A stretch of 64,000 nucleotides of DNA, taken from positions 88,855 through 152,854 of the forward strand of contig PERY01000001.1 of the NCBI GenBank assembly GCA_002929055.1, in the 5' to 3' direction. Below the pieces are notes generated by a model. That model worked only from the letters and a program-made list of their open reading frames with translations, did no database searches and had not been told where the DNA came from. A program made the position numbers and the translations under genes. The stretch is from Methylocystis sp. GTDB taxonomy: Bacteria > Pseudomonadota > Alphaproteobacteria > Rhizobiales > Beijerinckiaceae. This document shows positions 62,929-64,000 of this stretch, one piece after another (position 1 is the stretch's first letter; every line of letters starts with the position of its first letter).

Positions 62929-63534
62929 TCAGGCCCAGGGACGCGACGCGGCCGCCGACTTCTCGTAAGCGTCGATCCTGTCGGCCTTCTGCATTGTGAG
63001 GCCGATGTCGTCGAGGCCATTCAGCAGACAGTGCTTGCGGAACGGGTCGATCTCGAAGGTCACGACGCCGCCGTCGGGCCCGCGAATCTCCTGGCGCTCC
63101 AGGTCGATCGTGAGCGTGGCGTTGGCGCCGCGCTGCGCGTCGTCCATCAGCTTGTCGAGCTCGGCCTGCGTGACCTTGATCGGCAGAATGCCGTTCTTGA
63201 AGCAGTTGTTGTAGAAAATATCCGCGAAGCTCGTGGAGATGACGCAGCGCAGGCCGTAGTCCAGCAGCGCCCAGGGCGCATGCTCGCGAGAGGAGCCGCA
63301 ACCGAAATTGTCGCCGGCGACCAGAATTTTCGCGCCGCGATAGGCGGGCAGGTTGAGCACGAAGTCCGGATTTTCCGAGCCGTCCTCGCGATAACGCATT
63401 TCGGAGAAGAGTCCCTTGCCAAGACCCGTGCGCTGAATCGTCTTCAAATATTGCTTGGGTATGATCATGTCCGTGTCGACGTTCATGATCGGCAGCGGCG
63501 CTGCGACCCCCGTAAGCGTATTGAACTTGTCCAT
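62929..63534 (-). CDS. leuD: 3-isopropylmalate dehydratase small subunit
   Basis: [36 protein letters not shown]. Confidence 0.97.
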   Translation of the reverse strand: MDKFNTLTGVAAPLPIMNVDTDMIIPKQYLKTIQRTGLGKGLFSEMRYREDGSENPDFVLNLPAYRGAKILVAGDNFGCGSSREHAPWALLDYGLRCVISTSFADIFYNNCFKNGILPIKVTQAELDKLMDDAQRGANATLTIDLERQEIRGPDGGVVTFEIDPFRKHCLLNGLDDIGLTMQKADRIDAYEKSAAASRPWA

Positions 63535-63644
63535 GTTCGTGACCTGACGCGAGAAACCGGCTGCCGCGCCCTTTACCAAATTGACGGCGCCAGGCAAAGG
63601 GCGCGCTGCGCTCGAGGCGAAGGGCGCGCTGCGCCTGCGCGCGC

Positions 63645-64000
63645 CTATCTCCAAACCTCGAGCTTCAGTCCGGGGATGTCCGATACTTCCTCGGGGGTCA
63701 TGGTCACCAGCGCGCGTCCCTCGGCGATCGCCTGCGCCGCGACCATGCGATCGAGCGCGCGGCGACGCTTGGGCTCCACTTTGCGCAGCAGCGCGCCATA
63801 GGCGTCGGCCGCCTTGCGGTCGAAGGGCAATATGTCGAGGTTTAGCGCGATGAGCGCCAGATTCTCCGAAAGCCGCGCATTCCTGCCCTGAGCCGCGGCG
63901 GCGGCCAGCAGTTCCCCATAGACGATGGCGGAGACGGCGACGTCCCGGATCGAGAGACGCGAAAGTCGGGAGAGTGTGGCGGCCTCGCCGCTCGCCGCGG
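63645..64000 (-). CDS. vapC: PIN-domain VapC-family toxin (5' end outside the window)
   Basis: Frame is open to the window edge: [10 protein letters not shown] ... [13 protein letters not shown] ... DRMVAAQA ... LVT ... IPGLKLEVW. Confidence 0.82.
   Translation of the reverse strand, partial: AASGEAATLSRLSRLSIRDVAVSAIVYGELLAAAAAQGRNARLSENLALIALNLDILPFDRKAADAYGALLRKVEPKRRRALDRMVAAQAIAEGRALVTMTPEEVSDIPGLKLEVWR

Overview
High-GC alphaproteobacterial chromosome segment (Hyphomicrobiales/Rhizobiales; gene order and protein style suggest Methylocystis/Methylocystaceae, by inference). It starts at the probable replication origin upstream of hemE (DnaA-box-like 9-mers, a perfect CtrA box, an AT-rich tract). 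Next come hemE-hemJ-rho-(Rieske oxygenase)-mnmE-mnmG-rsmG-parA-parB with two perfect parS sites, then mostly core genes: purL, grxD, pdxA-rsmA, gmk, mltG, fabF-acpP-fabG/fabD, acs, prfB (+1 programmed frameshift), cobS, serC-serA, moaA, class I lysS, fumC, the ecfG-nepR-phyR general-stress locus, ptsN-hpf-rpoN, lptB, leuD and a partial vapC. I saw no rRNA, tRNA, CRISPR array, integrase or transposase. The most unusual items are: (i) a lower-GC DUF3800-like (RNase H-fold) gene bracketed by degenerate direct repeats next to a compositionally odd acs 3' end; (ii) a recurring TGT(T/G)GC-N6-GC(A/C)ACA palindrome upstream of four cell-envelope genes; (iii) a His-less HisKA_2/HWE-like pseudokinase between lptB and rpoN; (iv) a solitary phage-structural-like gene before serC; (v) an orphan Rieske oxygenase coupled to mnmE; (vi) a Tat-exported deaminase. 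All calls were made by eye, without database searches.
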